The position numbers were made by a program, and so were the translations under genes. 64,000 nt of DNA from a virus (Duplodnaviria; Caudoviricetes), in IMG/VR virus record IMGVR_UViG_3300016486_001578; one strand, 5' to 3'. The notes beneath the pieces are model-generated. The model was not told where the DNA came from and ran no database searches. It worked only from the letters and a program-made list of their open reading frames with translations. Below are positions 28,104-39,148 of the stretch, piece by piece (positions within the stretch are counted from its first letter, which is position 1; each line of letters starts with the position of its first letter).

Positions 28104-28937
28104 ATGTCATTTAAGAAAGATTTGTTAAAATTTAAACCGAGGAAAACTCAAAGAGATACAATGGAGTTTATAGATCAAAGGTATAAAGAAAATCCATTGA
28201 GTAAGTTTTTCTTACTAAATTTGCCCGTTGGTAGTGGCAAATCACACTTGGCTATAATGATTACTGATTGGTATAGAAAGAATGTGAATAGAACAGCCAA
28301 AATAGATGTTATCACAAACAGCAAATTATTACAAGATCAATACTCCGACACATATGATTCTATTTCTGATTTGAAAGGAAAGGATAACTATGATTGTAAG
28401 AACTATTCTTGTTCTTGCGCACAAGGTTCTGAATTCAATAGACTCAATAAAACCAAATGTGATGATTGTCCTTATACGTATGCCAGGGAGGGATTTATGA
28501 GTGGTGGTATATCACTTACTAATTTTTATTTGTATATTTTATATTCGATGTATAATCAAAAATTAATGGAGAGTAGGGGAGCCAAAGTACTTATTGTTGA
28601 TGAATGTCTACACCCATCAACTTTGATAACAATGAGTGATGGCACCAAAAAGAGAATAGATTGTGTATCTATTGGTGATAGCCTATTGACTATTAATGAA
28701 TCTACAAAAAAAATAGAAGAAAAAAAAGTCAAAAAATTACACAAAAATTTAAATAAAGGGACACAAATGTATGAGGTTGTTATGGAAAATGGTGATCTTT
28801 TAAAGATAACAGGCAATCATAAAGTAAAATTAATAAATGGCGATTGGAAAAAGGTAGAGGATCTAAATAGAAGTGATGAAATTTTATATATAAAAGAAAC
28901 CGAATCCCATGACTTTGACAACAACGGAGATAGATGA
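28104..28937 (+). CDS. DinG/YoaA-like SF2 helicase N-fragment fused to split-intein IntN (Cys1 at 28605, 110 aa)
   Basis: Q motif, PVGSGKS Walker A, Cys cluster, IVDE|CLHPST and TGNH block B. Confidence 0.88.
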   Translation: MSFKKDLLKFKPRKTQRDTMEFIDQRYKENPLSKFFLLNLPVGSGKSHLAIMITDWYRKNVNRTAKIDVITNSKLLQDQYSDTYDSISDLKGKDNYDCKNYSCSCAQGSEFNRLNKTKCDDCPYTYAREGFMSGGISLTNFYLYILYSMYNQKLMESRGAKVLIVDECLHPSTLITMSDGTKKRIDCVSIGDSLLTINESTKKIEEKKVKKLHKNLNKGTQMYEVVMENGDLLKITGNHKVKLINGDWKKVEDLNRSDEILYIKETESHDFDNNGDR

Positions 28938-29786
28938 TATATATGATTTTATAGTATCTAATAAAAGTAAATTTATTTATAAAAAATTTAATAAATTAAA
29001 AGCCTTGAATAATTTGGTGGCCGATTTTGGTATATCATTTAAATCAATAGATCATTGCTTTGATTATCTAACTAACCACTGGGATAAAAAGTGTAAATAT
29101 CATAAATGTAACATAGATAGAAAAATAATTGGTTTCGTAGATAGAAAAGAGTTCAATGATTGTGTTATAAAATATGGTATTTATAAACATTGTGGGATGG
29201 GTTGTAGTAGAAAAAATATGTCAGAATCACAGATGGGTTTGGGTAATACATCACATAGGATGTCCAAGGAGACTAGATTAATATCTCATAAAAAACAATC
29301 TATTAAGATGAAAGAAAATATAAGGACGGGTAAATTTATTCCAAGTATAACTAATAGTTGGTCTAATTCAAGATGTAGTATATCCTTTATTAGAAAAGGT
29401 ATAAAAATAAATATAAAAACAAGATCGAGTTTGGAAGCATATTTCCAATTAATTAATACTGATTTTTTATACGAGAAATTAGTAATACAATATAAACTCA
29501 ATGGTATAAAATATAATTATATTATTGATTTTGTCGACCATATAAATAAAAATATTTATGAAATAAAACCAGATTCTGAAATAAGTACAAAAAAAATAAA
29601 GCAAAATTTAGATGGGCCAGAAAATGGGCCAAAACCAATGGTTATAATTTTACTATAATAGGTAATAAATGGTTTTATGATAATTATAGACAAGATATAG
29701 TTATTGATCAACCATGTGAAGATAAGTTAATTAAAAATTTAAAACAATTTAATGAAAATAAGAAGTATAAAAAAGATAGATTATAA
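28909..29786 (+). CDS. Free-standing TnsA-like PD-(D/E)xK endonuclease between intein halves (frameshift near 29600)
   Basis: RSSLE...YIIDF...IYEIKP; the shifted frame continues AKFRWARKWAKTNGYNF to a stop at 29786. Confidence 0.7.
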
Positions 29787-31016
29787 TGAAGATGTTTATA
29801 ATCTACATGTAGAGGATAATCATAATTATTTTGCAAATAACCATTGTGTTAGTAATTGTCACACCTTTGATGATGTTATGTCTAGTTTTATATCAATAAA
29901 TATTTCAAAGAACTTAATAAAGAAGTTTAAATTTTCTAATGAATATGATATTCTGAAGGGTTTGTCCGCAATAAATAATATAACAGATGCTTCTAATTTT
30001 TTGAAATATTTAAATAGTGAGATATTACAAACTATGGATGATATGGAAAATGGATTACATAGTGTTAAGAGAATGTGGCAGAAACCAAAAGAGATTTAAA
30101 AATATCAAATTTAATAAAATCTAAAAACTCTGATGTAAAAGATTATGCAATTAATAACTGATCTTAAGCAATTTCACTTAAAAATAGAAGTCTTCTTAAA
30201 AGAATTTAAAGATAATCCAAATAATTGGGTTGTTGAGAAATCATATAATAATAAAACAAGACAGAGTGAATTTTCAATTGAACCAATTTGGGCTTATGAT
30301 TATTTAGATAAATATGTATTTAGTAACTATGATATGGTATTTTTGATGTCTGGTACTATCCTTGATAAAAATCTTTTTTGTCAATTAAATGGATTGGATG
30401 CTTCTAAGTCTGTATACTATTCTATACCATCACCATTTAATGTAAAACATAGGCCAATTTTTTATATGCCATTAGGTAAGATGTCCTATAAGAAAAAGGA
30501 AGATACATTTAAAACATATATTCCTTATATAAAAAATTATTATCAAAATATAAAGGTAAAAAGGGAATAATACACACAAACTCATTTGAGTTATCTAATT
30601 GGATAGAAAAGAGTATAAAAGACCCAAGGTTAGTATTTCATGATTCGTCTAATAAAGATGAAATTTTAAAAATGCACAAAGAATCAGACGAAGATACCGT
30701 TATAGTTTCTCCCTCTATGAATACTGGTGTGTCTTTTGATGATGATACTGCTAGGTTCCAAATTATTGCTAAGGTTCCTTATCCATCATTAGCTTCACAA
30801 AAGAATAAATTGAGACAAAAGAATAATCCAGAGTGGTATTCTTGGAAAACATCCTCTGTACTACAACAATCTTGTGGAAGAATAGTTAGGTCCGGTTTAG
30901 ATTATGGTGATACTATAATTATAGATGAATCTTTTGGTGATGTTATCAGATATAGCTCACATTTTTTACCTGAATGGTTCCAAGAATCTATTAAGTCTGT
31001 AAAGGTTAAGAAATAA
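29752..31016 (+). CDS. IntC (35 aa) plus DinG-like helicase C-fragment (apparent frameshifts near 30080 and 30540)
   Basis: VYNLHVEDNHNYFANNHCVSN|CH restores DECH; MSGT, GVSF...KVPYP and QSCGRIVR. Confidence 0.85.
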
Positions 31017-31481
31017 TTATTTTTTAACCTCAAAGGTTAAATCAATTGAAGACATCCAACTAATCGATTCTTTGGATAGTGTCTTTATATAACTACTCAT
31101 AACATCAACATTTTTTAACCAGACCCCATTATTTTTGTGTATATAAATATTAGATAGTAAACATTTATTTCTATTTTCAAAATGATTAATTGCGAATTCT
31201 AATTCTTCATAAAAATCATCACCAAAGTTAAATTCTGTGTTTTTGGTCGGCTCCCTTCTAATTTCTAGACTTATTTTTATACCATTATATGGTTTTCTAG
31301 GGTCAGTTTGTGTTTTCTGTAGATACTTTGGATCTTTTATTATATTTTTATCACCCATGGATAAAGCATTTATCAAGTTTATGTTATGAAACATCAAACC
31401 AAAATCTTGTATAGTTAAAAATATATCTTTAACATCATCAAAGTTCATATTAAAATTTTCAAATAATTTAATATATTTCAT
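31017..31481 (-). CDS. Hypothetical protein with MKYIKLFENF N-terminus
   Basis: ORF track. Confidence 0.6.
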   Translation of the reverse strand: MKYIKLFENFNMNFDDVKDIFLTIQDFGLMFHNINLINALSMGDKNIIKDPKYLQKTQTDPRKPYNGIKISLEIRREPTKNTEFNFGDDFYEELEFAINHFENRNKCLLSNIYIHKNNGVWLKNVDVMSSYIKTLSKESISWMSSIDLTFEVKK

Positions 31482-31681
31482 TATTCAACTAAATCATCGC
31501 CCCAGATTTTCTTTTTCATTTCTGTGTCGTTTCCCTCTTCATCTGTTGAATCATCTTCGATCTCCTCATCTGAATTTTCGATATCCTCTATGTGATTAAA
31601 ATCATCTATACCTTCCTCATTTTCATCATCTTCGGAAAAATTTCCTAAGTCAAATTTTTCAAATCTTTTAAGGTATCGCAT
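31481..31681 (-). CDS. Small acidic protein with MRYLKRFE N-terminus
   Basis: D/E-rich 66-aa ORF with upstream TAATATATA on the minus strand. Confidence 0.6.
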   Translation of the reverse strand: MRYLKRFEKFDLGNFSEDDENEEGIDDFNHIEDIENSDEEIEDDSTDEEGNDTEMKKKIWGDDLVE

Positions 31682-31755
31682 GGTCTTTTTGGGCTTTTTT
31701 ATTATATATTAAATAAAAAAAGATTTTTTCAAGTTTTGTGATAAATATATAGTAT

Positions 31756-32550
31756 ATGGATAATAAAATTTACAAAACAGAAGATTATTTTAGATATAAT
31801 AAAATATCTCAAGAATTTATAGAATCATTAGACTCTTATATAATAAAAGAATCCAAAGAAAATGTTAGTAAGTCTGTAATAGAAAAAGTTATTAGTGATT
31901 TAAAACTTAATCTAAATTTGGTTGGTGTCTTTGGTAGTGGCATTGGTGCTTTTTATCCAATTGTTGATGCTTTAATAAAAGGTATTAATATAGATGCGAA
32001 TGAAGATACTATTGTATTAATGACAGTTTGTGCTATGACGATAATATATTTTGAAGAGAAGAAATTAAAACAGGAGGATCAAGATAAGATAGTTAAAGAT
32101 TCTAAATATATGTTAGAAGAACTTAAACTAAAAGGTGTTGGTAATGGTATAATGAAAAAGTTAGTAAAGGCTTTTCAGTCTATAAAAAACATATTTTCTA
32201 TTATATCTAAGCACTTAGGAGCTGTGTTTGGTGGATTTGTTGATATGTTTTCTTATACAGCTATATTAATTCCTATAATGAATTCTATATTTTTTGTTGT
32301 TGGTAAATATAATATGAACTTAGATAATTTAATAGAAAATTTCTTAGGATTATCCATTGGAGTTGGGACTATTTTTGCTAAACATGCAATGGTTGATGTT
32401 ATCGATAGATTAAAAACGAAGTTCTCAATAAAGAAAAGAGTATTAGATGAGATTGGGACACCAATGGCCAAAAAGTTTGGAGATAAGACCTATGGTCTAA
32501 AAAATGAACCAGAAATGCCCGAAGGTACGGAAATAATACAAGAACAATAA
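31756..32550 (+). CDS. Hypothetical membrane-associated protein
   Basis: Several hydrophobic helices. Confidence 0.6.
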   Translation: MDNKIYKTEDYFRYNKISQEFIESLDSYIIKESKENVSKSVIEKVISDLKLNLNLVGVFGSGIGAFYPIVDALIKGINIDANEDTIVLMTVCAMTIIYFEEKKLKQEDQDKIVKDSKYMLEELKLKGVGNGIMKKLVKAFQSIKNIFSIISKHLGAVFGGFVDMFSYTAILIPIMNSIFFVVGKYNMNLDNLIENFLGLSIGVGTIFAKHAMVDVIDRLKTKFSIKKRVLDEIGTPMAKKFGDKTYGLKNEPEMPEGTEIIQEQ

Positions 32551-32598
32551 ACTTAGATGCTATTATTTATATAATATCTAAATAAATTGTTACCGTAA

Positions 32599-33324
32599 AT
32601 GACCCCACAACTAGAAAAAGTTTTCTTTAATTATATATTAAGGAATAAAAAATATTTCACAATAGTAAGTCCATTTTTCTTTCGAAATCCGGAGATACAG
32701 TTTGTTTATGGGGTTATGATGAATTATATGAATAAATCATCTGAATCAAAAATACCAACACCAAGACAAATATTAGATATGGTGTCTCTGGAGGATAAGG
32801 AGGGAAATGTAACAAAGGAGATATTAAAGTCCATACTTAAAATAGATCTAGAAGAATATAGTGAGAAAGATTTTATCTTACCTAAATTTAATGCTTGGGT
32901 TTTATCAAATAGATTAAAAACAGGAACGGTTGATATAATAGAAGAAACTAGAAATTTAGAAAATATATCAGATTTCGATAAGGCGGTAGAAGCCGCAAAT
33001 AGAATAAAGGCTATTGTCGATGATATGTCTTCTACTAATTTTGTACAAGATGATGATTTAGGTTCTGATTTTGATGATCCAGATCATCATATGCAAGATT
33101 CTTCAAAATATAAAGTTCCTTGTGGATTTGAAACAATAGACCATATGCTAGGTGGTGGCTGGGATATACAAACATTGAACGTAATTATGGCTCAAACAAA
33201 CGGAGGAAAATGTTTTTTTAGTGATGGTGAGATAAATACTAGGAATATAAGCAATAAGGAAATAAAATCAATTAAAATAGGTAAAATTTTTACCAACATT
33301 AGCAAGGGACATACTAACATTTAA
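32599..33324 (+). CDS. T4 gp41/DnaB-like replicative helicase N-fragment plus 37-aa IntN (Cys1 at 33211)
   Basis: VPCGFETIDHMLGGG...AQTNGGK|CFFSDGEI; Walker A is interrupted. Confidence 0.9.
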   Translation: MTPQLEKVFFNYILRNKKYFTIVSPFFFRNPEIQFVYGVMMNYMNKSSESKIPTPRQILDMVSLEDKEGNVTKEILKSILKIDLEEYSEKDFILPKFNAWVLSNRLKTGTVDIIEETRNLENISDFDKAVEAANRIKAIVDDMSSTNFVQDDDLGSDFDDPDHHMQDSSKYKVPCGFETIDHMLGGGWDIQTLNVIMAQTNGGKCFFSDGEINTRNISNKEIKSIKIGKIFTNISKGHTNI

Positions 33325-33335
33325 TATATATTTAT

Positions 33336-34490
33336 ATGAATGCAAAGAAAAGATACAAGGATATAAATCTACCATTTATTTGTCCCATAAATAATAGGTC
33401 ATTTAACTCAACAAAAGGATTATCTGTTTATTTAACTAAAACACTAAAGACAGATCATAGTTTATATTATGATAAATATATAAACCACCGAGATTCTTCT
33501 TGTTTTTTCTGTGGAGAAAAAGGAAAGTTTATGTCGGCCGGTAAGGGATATAGAAATTTATGTAAAAACAAAGATTGTTTGAAAAAATCTATGAAATCAC
33601 ATTCGGTTGAGGGATTTATGTATAGAAACCTATGTTCTAAAGAAGAGGCCAAGATTTTGTTTGATGTTGAAAACGAAAGACAATTAAAGAAAAGGACAAA
33701 AACTGCTAATAAATTAAGAAAAAAAGATCCATTATGGGATAAAAAGAGAAGTAGAAATTGTAAAGAATTTTGGATAGAAAAGGGACTAACAGAAGAAGAA
33801 TCTATTATAAAAGCTAAAGAATCTATGGATGATATACACAAAAAAACATCTATTATTTTTGAATCAAATCCAAAGAAATATGCTTCTAAATATAACACAA
33901 AGATAGAATATTATTTAAAGAGAGGTCACTCTGAGGAAGAATCTTTGAATATTTTATCCGAGAGACAATCTACATTTTCTTTAAATAAATGTATAAAAGG
34001 ACATGGTGATAAAGTAGGAACCAAAATTTGGTTAAAAAGACAAGAAAAATGGCAAAAATCATTATCTGAAAATGGTAATATAAAAGGTGGTTATTCGAAA
34101 ATAAGTCAAATATTATTTTATGATATTTTAAAACATTTTGAGATAATAGAAAGAGACTCTATATTCTTTTGGACAAAGAATAAAGAACACCTTATAAAGT
34201 CTGATAAAAAAATATATTTATATGATTATACTGATACTAATAGAAAAAAAATAATAGAGTATAATGGTGATCAATATCACGCAAATCCGAGTATATACGA
34301 AGCCAATAGTTATCCGCATCCATATCACAAGAGTAATAAATATAGAGCAGTTGATATATGGGAAAGAGATAGAAATAAAATAAAATTAGCAGAAAATAAT
34401 GGATATGAAGTACTCGTTGTGTGGGATTCGGATTATAGAAAAAATAAAAAAGAAATAGTACAAAAATGCTTAAACTTTTTAAACAGTTAA
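33336..34490 (+). CDS. Free-standing Vsr-like homing endonuclease between helicase halves
   Basis: YDY...IIEYNGDQYHANP...VLVVWDSD; own TAATATATA promoter. Confidence 0.8.
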   Translation: MNAKKRYKDINLPFICPINNRSFNSTKGLSVYLTKTLKTDHSLYYDKYINHRDSSCFFCGEKGKFMSAGKGYRNLCKNKDCLKKSMKSHSVEGFMYRNLCSKEEAKILFDVENERQLKKRTKTANKLRKKDPLWDKKRSRNCKEFWIEKGLTEEESIIKAKESMDDIHKKTSIIFESNPKKYASKYNTKIEYYLKRGHSEEESLNILSERQSTFSLNKCIKGHGDKVGTKIWLKRQEKWQKSLSENGNIKGGYSKISQILFYDILKHFEIIERDSIFFWTKNKEHLIKSDKKIYLYDYTDTNRKKIIEYNGDQYHANPSIYEANSYPHPYHKSNKYRAVDIWERDRNKIKLAENNGYEVLVVWDSDYRKNKKEIVQKCLNFLNS

Positions 34491-34493
34491 ATA

Positions 34494-34528
34494 AAAAAAG
34501 AGACAAATATAAAATTTGTCTCTTTTTA
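34494..34528. terminator. Bidirectional terminator
   Basis: AAAAAGAGACAAAT-ATAAA-ATTTGTCTCTTTTT. Confidence 0.7.
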
Positions 34529-34536
34529 TTATTTAC

Positions 34537-34737
34537 TTATTTATCTAATTTATTCAAAATAAAGGGAGTTGCTATCAATAATGCTATTGTAGATGGTATA
34601 GTAAACCACATAGCAATTGGGAAATCTAAAACACTCTCTGAGCTAATTATTGTTGTTATTGTTAACAAACAGGCTATTAGTAAAATAGTGTATAGTACAT
34701 TTTTTTGAAAACTAAGGAATTCTTTTAACTTTTTCAT
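34537..34737 (-). CDS. Small two-TM membrane protein
   Basis: Two hydrophobic helices; TAATATATA upstream on the minus strand. Confidence 0.6.
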   Translation of the reverse strand: MKKLKEFLSFQKNVLYTILLIACLLTITTIISSESVLDFPIAMWFTIPSTIALLIATPFILNKLDK

Positions 34738-34811
34738 ATCTTTAATATTTATTTTCTTTATATATTAAAAATTATAATCAAACAAATTATTAATATATTA
34801 TATAAATTAAT

Positions 34812-35981
34812 ATGTTAGATAATTATGAAATAATAGAAGCAGATTCTCTATTAGAAGGAAAATATGATAGACCACTATATGATAAATTTATTGAAGCTTA
34901 TGAAGTAGACAACTTAGAGGTTGATACACCAAATGGTTGGATAAAGATAGAAGGAATTGGTAAAACTATTGAATTTTATGAATGGGAAATACAAACATCT
35001 GGTGGAAAACATCTAATATGTGCAGATAAACATCTATTATATAGGTGTGATAATATGAATTTTTATAATAAAAAATGTGACATAACAGAAATATACTGCC
35101 AAGATTTGAATATAGGTGATTTTATAATGACTAAGGATGGTCCTGAGATGTTGATGGATATTTATAAAAATGGTAATAAATCGAATATGTATGATTTACA
35201 ATTATCAGAAGGCTCTAATAAACAATACTACACAAATGATATACTTAGTCATAATTCACTTTGGATGCAAAACTTTGCAGTTAGGTCTGCTGATCTTGGC
35301 TATAATGTACTTTACATTACGTTGGAAATGAATGAGCGAAAAGTTATGAAAAGGCTTGGTGCTATGAGATTGAAGATTCCTATAAATGATTATGATAAAA
35401 TGTCTAAAGATAGAGAATTTATAAAAAAGAGAATAAATTCACTTACTAAAAAAACTGGCGCAGTTGGTGGTGATTTGTTTGATAAAAAAATAGGTAAGAT
35501 AATTAGTAAATTCTGGGCTGCAGGAACTGCTAATATATCAGATTTTGATAATTACATTCAAGCACTAAAAGATAAGAGAGATATAAAAATAGATGTTATA
35601 ATAGTTGATTATATCGCTTTAATAGCACCAATTAAAGGTATTGGTTCTGATAGTCTTTATACTAAAGGGAAACAATTAGCAGAGGGTCTAAGAGCACTTG
35701 GTTCTAAATATATGTGTCCTGTTATAACTGGTGTGCAAGTGGCTAAGGATGCTTGGAACTCATCAGATATAACACTTGAGAGCGTACCTGAATCAAAAGC
35801 AATTGCAGAAACAGCAGATACATTCTTTTGTATAATAAGAACAGAAGAAATGAAAAGACAAAACTTATATAGATTTAAACTACTAAAACAAAGAGATGGT
35901 GATTTTTTAAGATCACAAATAAAATTAAACCTTAATCCAACCTTTTTGACTTTAGAGAAGGACGAATTTATAGATCAATAA
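34812..35981 (+). CDS. 148-aa IntC plus gp41/DnaB helicase C-fragment
   Basis: CADKH block B; MYDL...ILSHN|SLW; YITLEM, IVDY, TGVQ and ESKAIAETAD. Confidence 0.9.
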   Translation: MLDNYEIIEADSLLEGKYDRPLYDKFIEAYEVDNLEVDTPNGWIKIEGIGKTIEFYEWEIQTSGGKHLICADKHLLYRCDNMNFYNKKCDITEIYCQDLNIGDFIMTKDGPEMLMDIYKNGNKSNMYDLQLSEGSNKQYYTNDILSHNSLWMQNFAVRSADLGYNVLYITLEMNERKVMKRLGAMRLKIPINDYDKMSKDREFIKKRINSLTKKTGAVGGDLFDKKIGKIISKFWAAGTANISDFDNYIQALKDKRDIKIDVIIVDYIALIAPIKGIGSDSLYTKGKQLAEGLRALGSKYMCPVITGVQVAKDAWNSSDITLESVPESKAIAETADTFFCIIRTEEMKRQNLYRFKLLKQRDGDFLRSQIKLNLNPTFLTLEKDEFIDQ

Positions 35982-35998
35982 AAAATAAAATAGAATAT

Positions 35999-36895
<897 letters not shown>

Positions 36896-36987
36896 TCATA
36901 AAAAACCAATTAAAAACAAAAAACAACTATATCGGCTTATATTTTGAGTCAATATATATAGAACAAAAAAAATATAAAATATAAAAT

Positions 36988-38184
36988 ATGATAAAAGTTA
37001 TAAAGAGAAATGGTAAGAAGGAACCAGTTATGTTGGATAAAATCCTAGATAGAATAACACAACAAACATATGCGCTAGACAATAAATGGATTAGCCCATT
37101 TGATGTTGCACAAAAAGTTATAGCAGGAGTAGCTCCCAATATAAAAACATCTGTTTTGGATCAATTAGCAATGGAGACTGCTGCTTCTTTGGCTACCAAA
37201 CACCCAGATTATTCAATATTGGCCGCTAGATTGGCTATCACCGCATTACATAAAGAAACTAAAAAAAGCTTTTCTGATACGGTTAAGGATTTATATAAAT
37301 ACACAAATCCAATAACAGGCAAGAAAGCACCGATTGTGTCTAGGGAGTTTTATGAATTAGTAAAAGACAACAAAGATGAGTTAGATTCTGCTATCGTCCA
37401 TTCGAGAGACCATAATTTTGATTATTTTGGATACAAAACACTTGAGAAGTCCTATTTACTTAAAACAAACGGTAAAGTAGTTGAGAGACCACAATATATG
37501 TATATGAGAACTGCTTTACAAATATGGGGTGATAATTTAGAAAAAGTTAAATCGACTTATAACTTATTATCAGAGGGGTATTACACACATGCAACACCTA
37601 CTTTGTTTAATTCGGGCACCAATAGGCAACAATTATCTTCTTGTTTTTTATTAGATACAGAATCTGATTCTATTGAGGGTATTTTTAATACACTAAAAGA
37701 ATCTGCTCAAATATCTAAAAATGCTGGAGGAATTGGAATTTCTTTTAATAAAGTTAGAGCAAAGGGAACATATATTGCTGGTACTAATGGCTCATCAAAT
37801 GGTGTTATACCATTCTTGAAGATTTTTAATGAAACTGCTAGAGCGGTTGATCAATGCTTCACACCTGAGTCAAAAGTCATGACAGATAATGGTTTAGTAA
37901 ATATTGATGAAATTAAGAAAGGTGATTCCGTATTAACATCTGATGGTAAGTTTAATAAGGTTTTAGAAAGAAAAGAATTTATAAAAGATGAGGATTTTGT
38001 AGTAATTAAAACAAATAGTGGATTAAATAGGGTAACAAAAGAACACCAAATATTAGTTATTAGAAATCTATCAAAAGATATTGAAGACTCGGCTATTATA
38101 TTAGGTATAAAAAGTGGTGTATATAACATAGAATGGATATCTGCAAATGAACTATTAAAAAGTGATAAAATAGTAAAATATTAA
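36988..38184 (+). CDS. nrdA: Class Ia ribonucleotide reductase alpha, fragment 1 (ATP-cone) plus IntN1 (Cys1 at 37855, 109 aa)
   Basis: VIKRNG ATP-cone, ERPQ, HATPTLFN, LSSC, GGIG and AVDQ|CFTPES. Confidence 0.93.
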   Translation: MIKVIKRNGKKEPVMLDKILDRITQQTYALDNKWISPFDVAQKVIAGVAPNIKTSVLDQLAMETAASLATKHPDYSILAARLAITALHKETKKSFSDTVKDLYKYTNPITGKKAPIVSREFYELVKDNKDELDSAIVHSRDHNFDYFGYKTLEKSYLLKTNGKVVERPQYMYMRTALQIWGDNLEKVKSTYNLLSEGYYTHATPTLFNSGTNRQQLSSCFLLDTESDSIEGIFNTLKESAQISKNAGGIGISFNKVRAKGTYIAGTNGSSNGVIPFLKIFNETARAVDQCFTPESKVMTDNGLVNIDEIKKGDSVLTSDGKFNKVLERKEFIKDEDFVVIKTNSGLNRVTKEHQILVIRNLSKDIEDSAIILGIKSGVYNIEWISANELLKSDKIVKY

Positions 38185-38245
38185 TTTAATATATAGTAAT
38201 ATATACTTAGGTATATCCAAAATATATTAAATACTATTAAATAGA

Positions 38246-39148
38246 ATGATAAAGTTAACAAATGATATAGTTATAGAAAAGTTTATAAAAAAGCATGGAA
38301 ATAAATATATTTATAATTTAGTTGATTATAAAGGTGCAATTACTAAGGTTAGTATAATATGTAGAAAACATGGTTTATTTAAAATAACTCCAAATAGTCA
38401 TCTAAATGGAAGTGGATGTTATGAGTGTGGTAGAGAAAAAGTAAATGTATCAAGATTAACAAATAATGATAATTTTATAAGTAAATGTAAAATAATTCAT
38501 AATGATATTTATGACTATTCAAAAGTTGAATATAAAGGAATAAAAGAGTATGTTGTTATAATATGTAAAAGACACGGTGAATTTAAACAAAAGTCAGCAA
38601 AGCATCTACAGGGACAAGGTTGTAAAAGATGTAGTAATGAGAAAATGTTTGTTAATTTTGAAAAGATGTGTTTAGATAAATATTTAGGATACTCATATGG
38701 TGAAATGATATACAATGGTATGTATAATAAAATCATAATAACTTGTGAGAAACATGGTAATTTTGAAAAGACACCTATAGATTTTTATCACAAAGAAAGA
38801 CTTTGTCCAAAGTGTATAAATAGATGTAAGTCAAATGATGAAACAAAATGGTTAGATGAATTAAATATACCAATTGATAACAGAAATATCTATATAAAAT
38901 TTGGTAAAAAAACATTTTGTGTTGATGGAATAGACTATGATAATAAAGTAATATATGAATTCTATGGAGACTTCTTTCATGGGAATCCAAATGTTTATAA
39001 GAAAGATGACACTAATCCACTATTAAAGGAAACTTATGGTGAATTATATGATAAAACAATGAAGAAAGAAAAAATGATATTAGATAGTGGTTATAAGTTA
39101 GAAACTATCTGGGAAAGTGAATATAAAAAAGAAAAAAGAAAAATATGA
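38246..39148 (+). CDS. Free-standing homing endonuclease (CxxHG...CxxC repeats plus Vsr-like domain)
   Basis: Three ICxKHG repeats; VDG...YEFYGDFFHG...IWESE. Confidence 0.8.
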   Translation: MIKLTNDIVIEKFIKKHGNKYIYNLVDYKGAITKVSIICRKHGLFKITPNSHLNGSGCYECGREKVNVSRLTNNDNFISKCKIIHNDIYDYSKVEYKGIKEYVVIICKRHGEFKQKSAKHLQGQGCKRCSNEKMFVNFEKMCLDKYLGYSYGEMIYNGMYNKIIITCEKHGNFEKTPIDFYHKERLCPKCINRCKSNDETKWLDELNIPIDNRNIYIKFGKKTFCVDGIDYDNKVIYEFYGDFFHGNPNVYKKDDTNPLLKETYGELYDKTMKKEKMILDSGYKLETIWESEYKKEKRKI

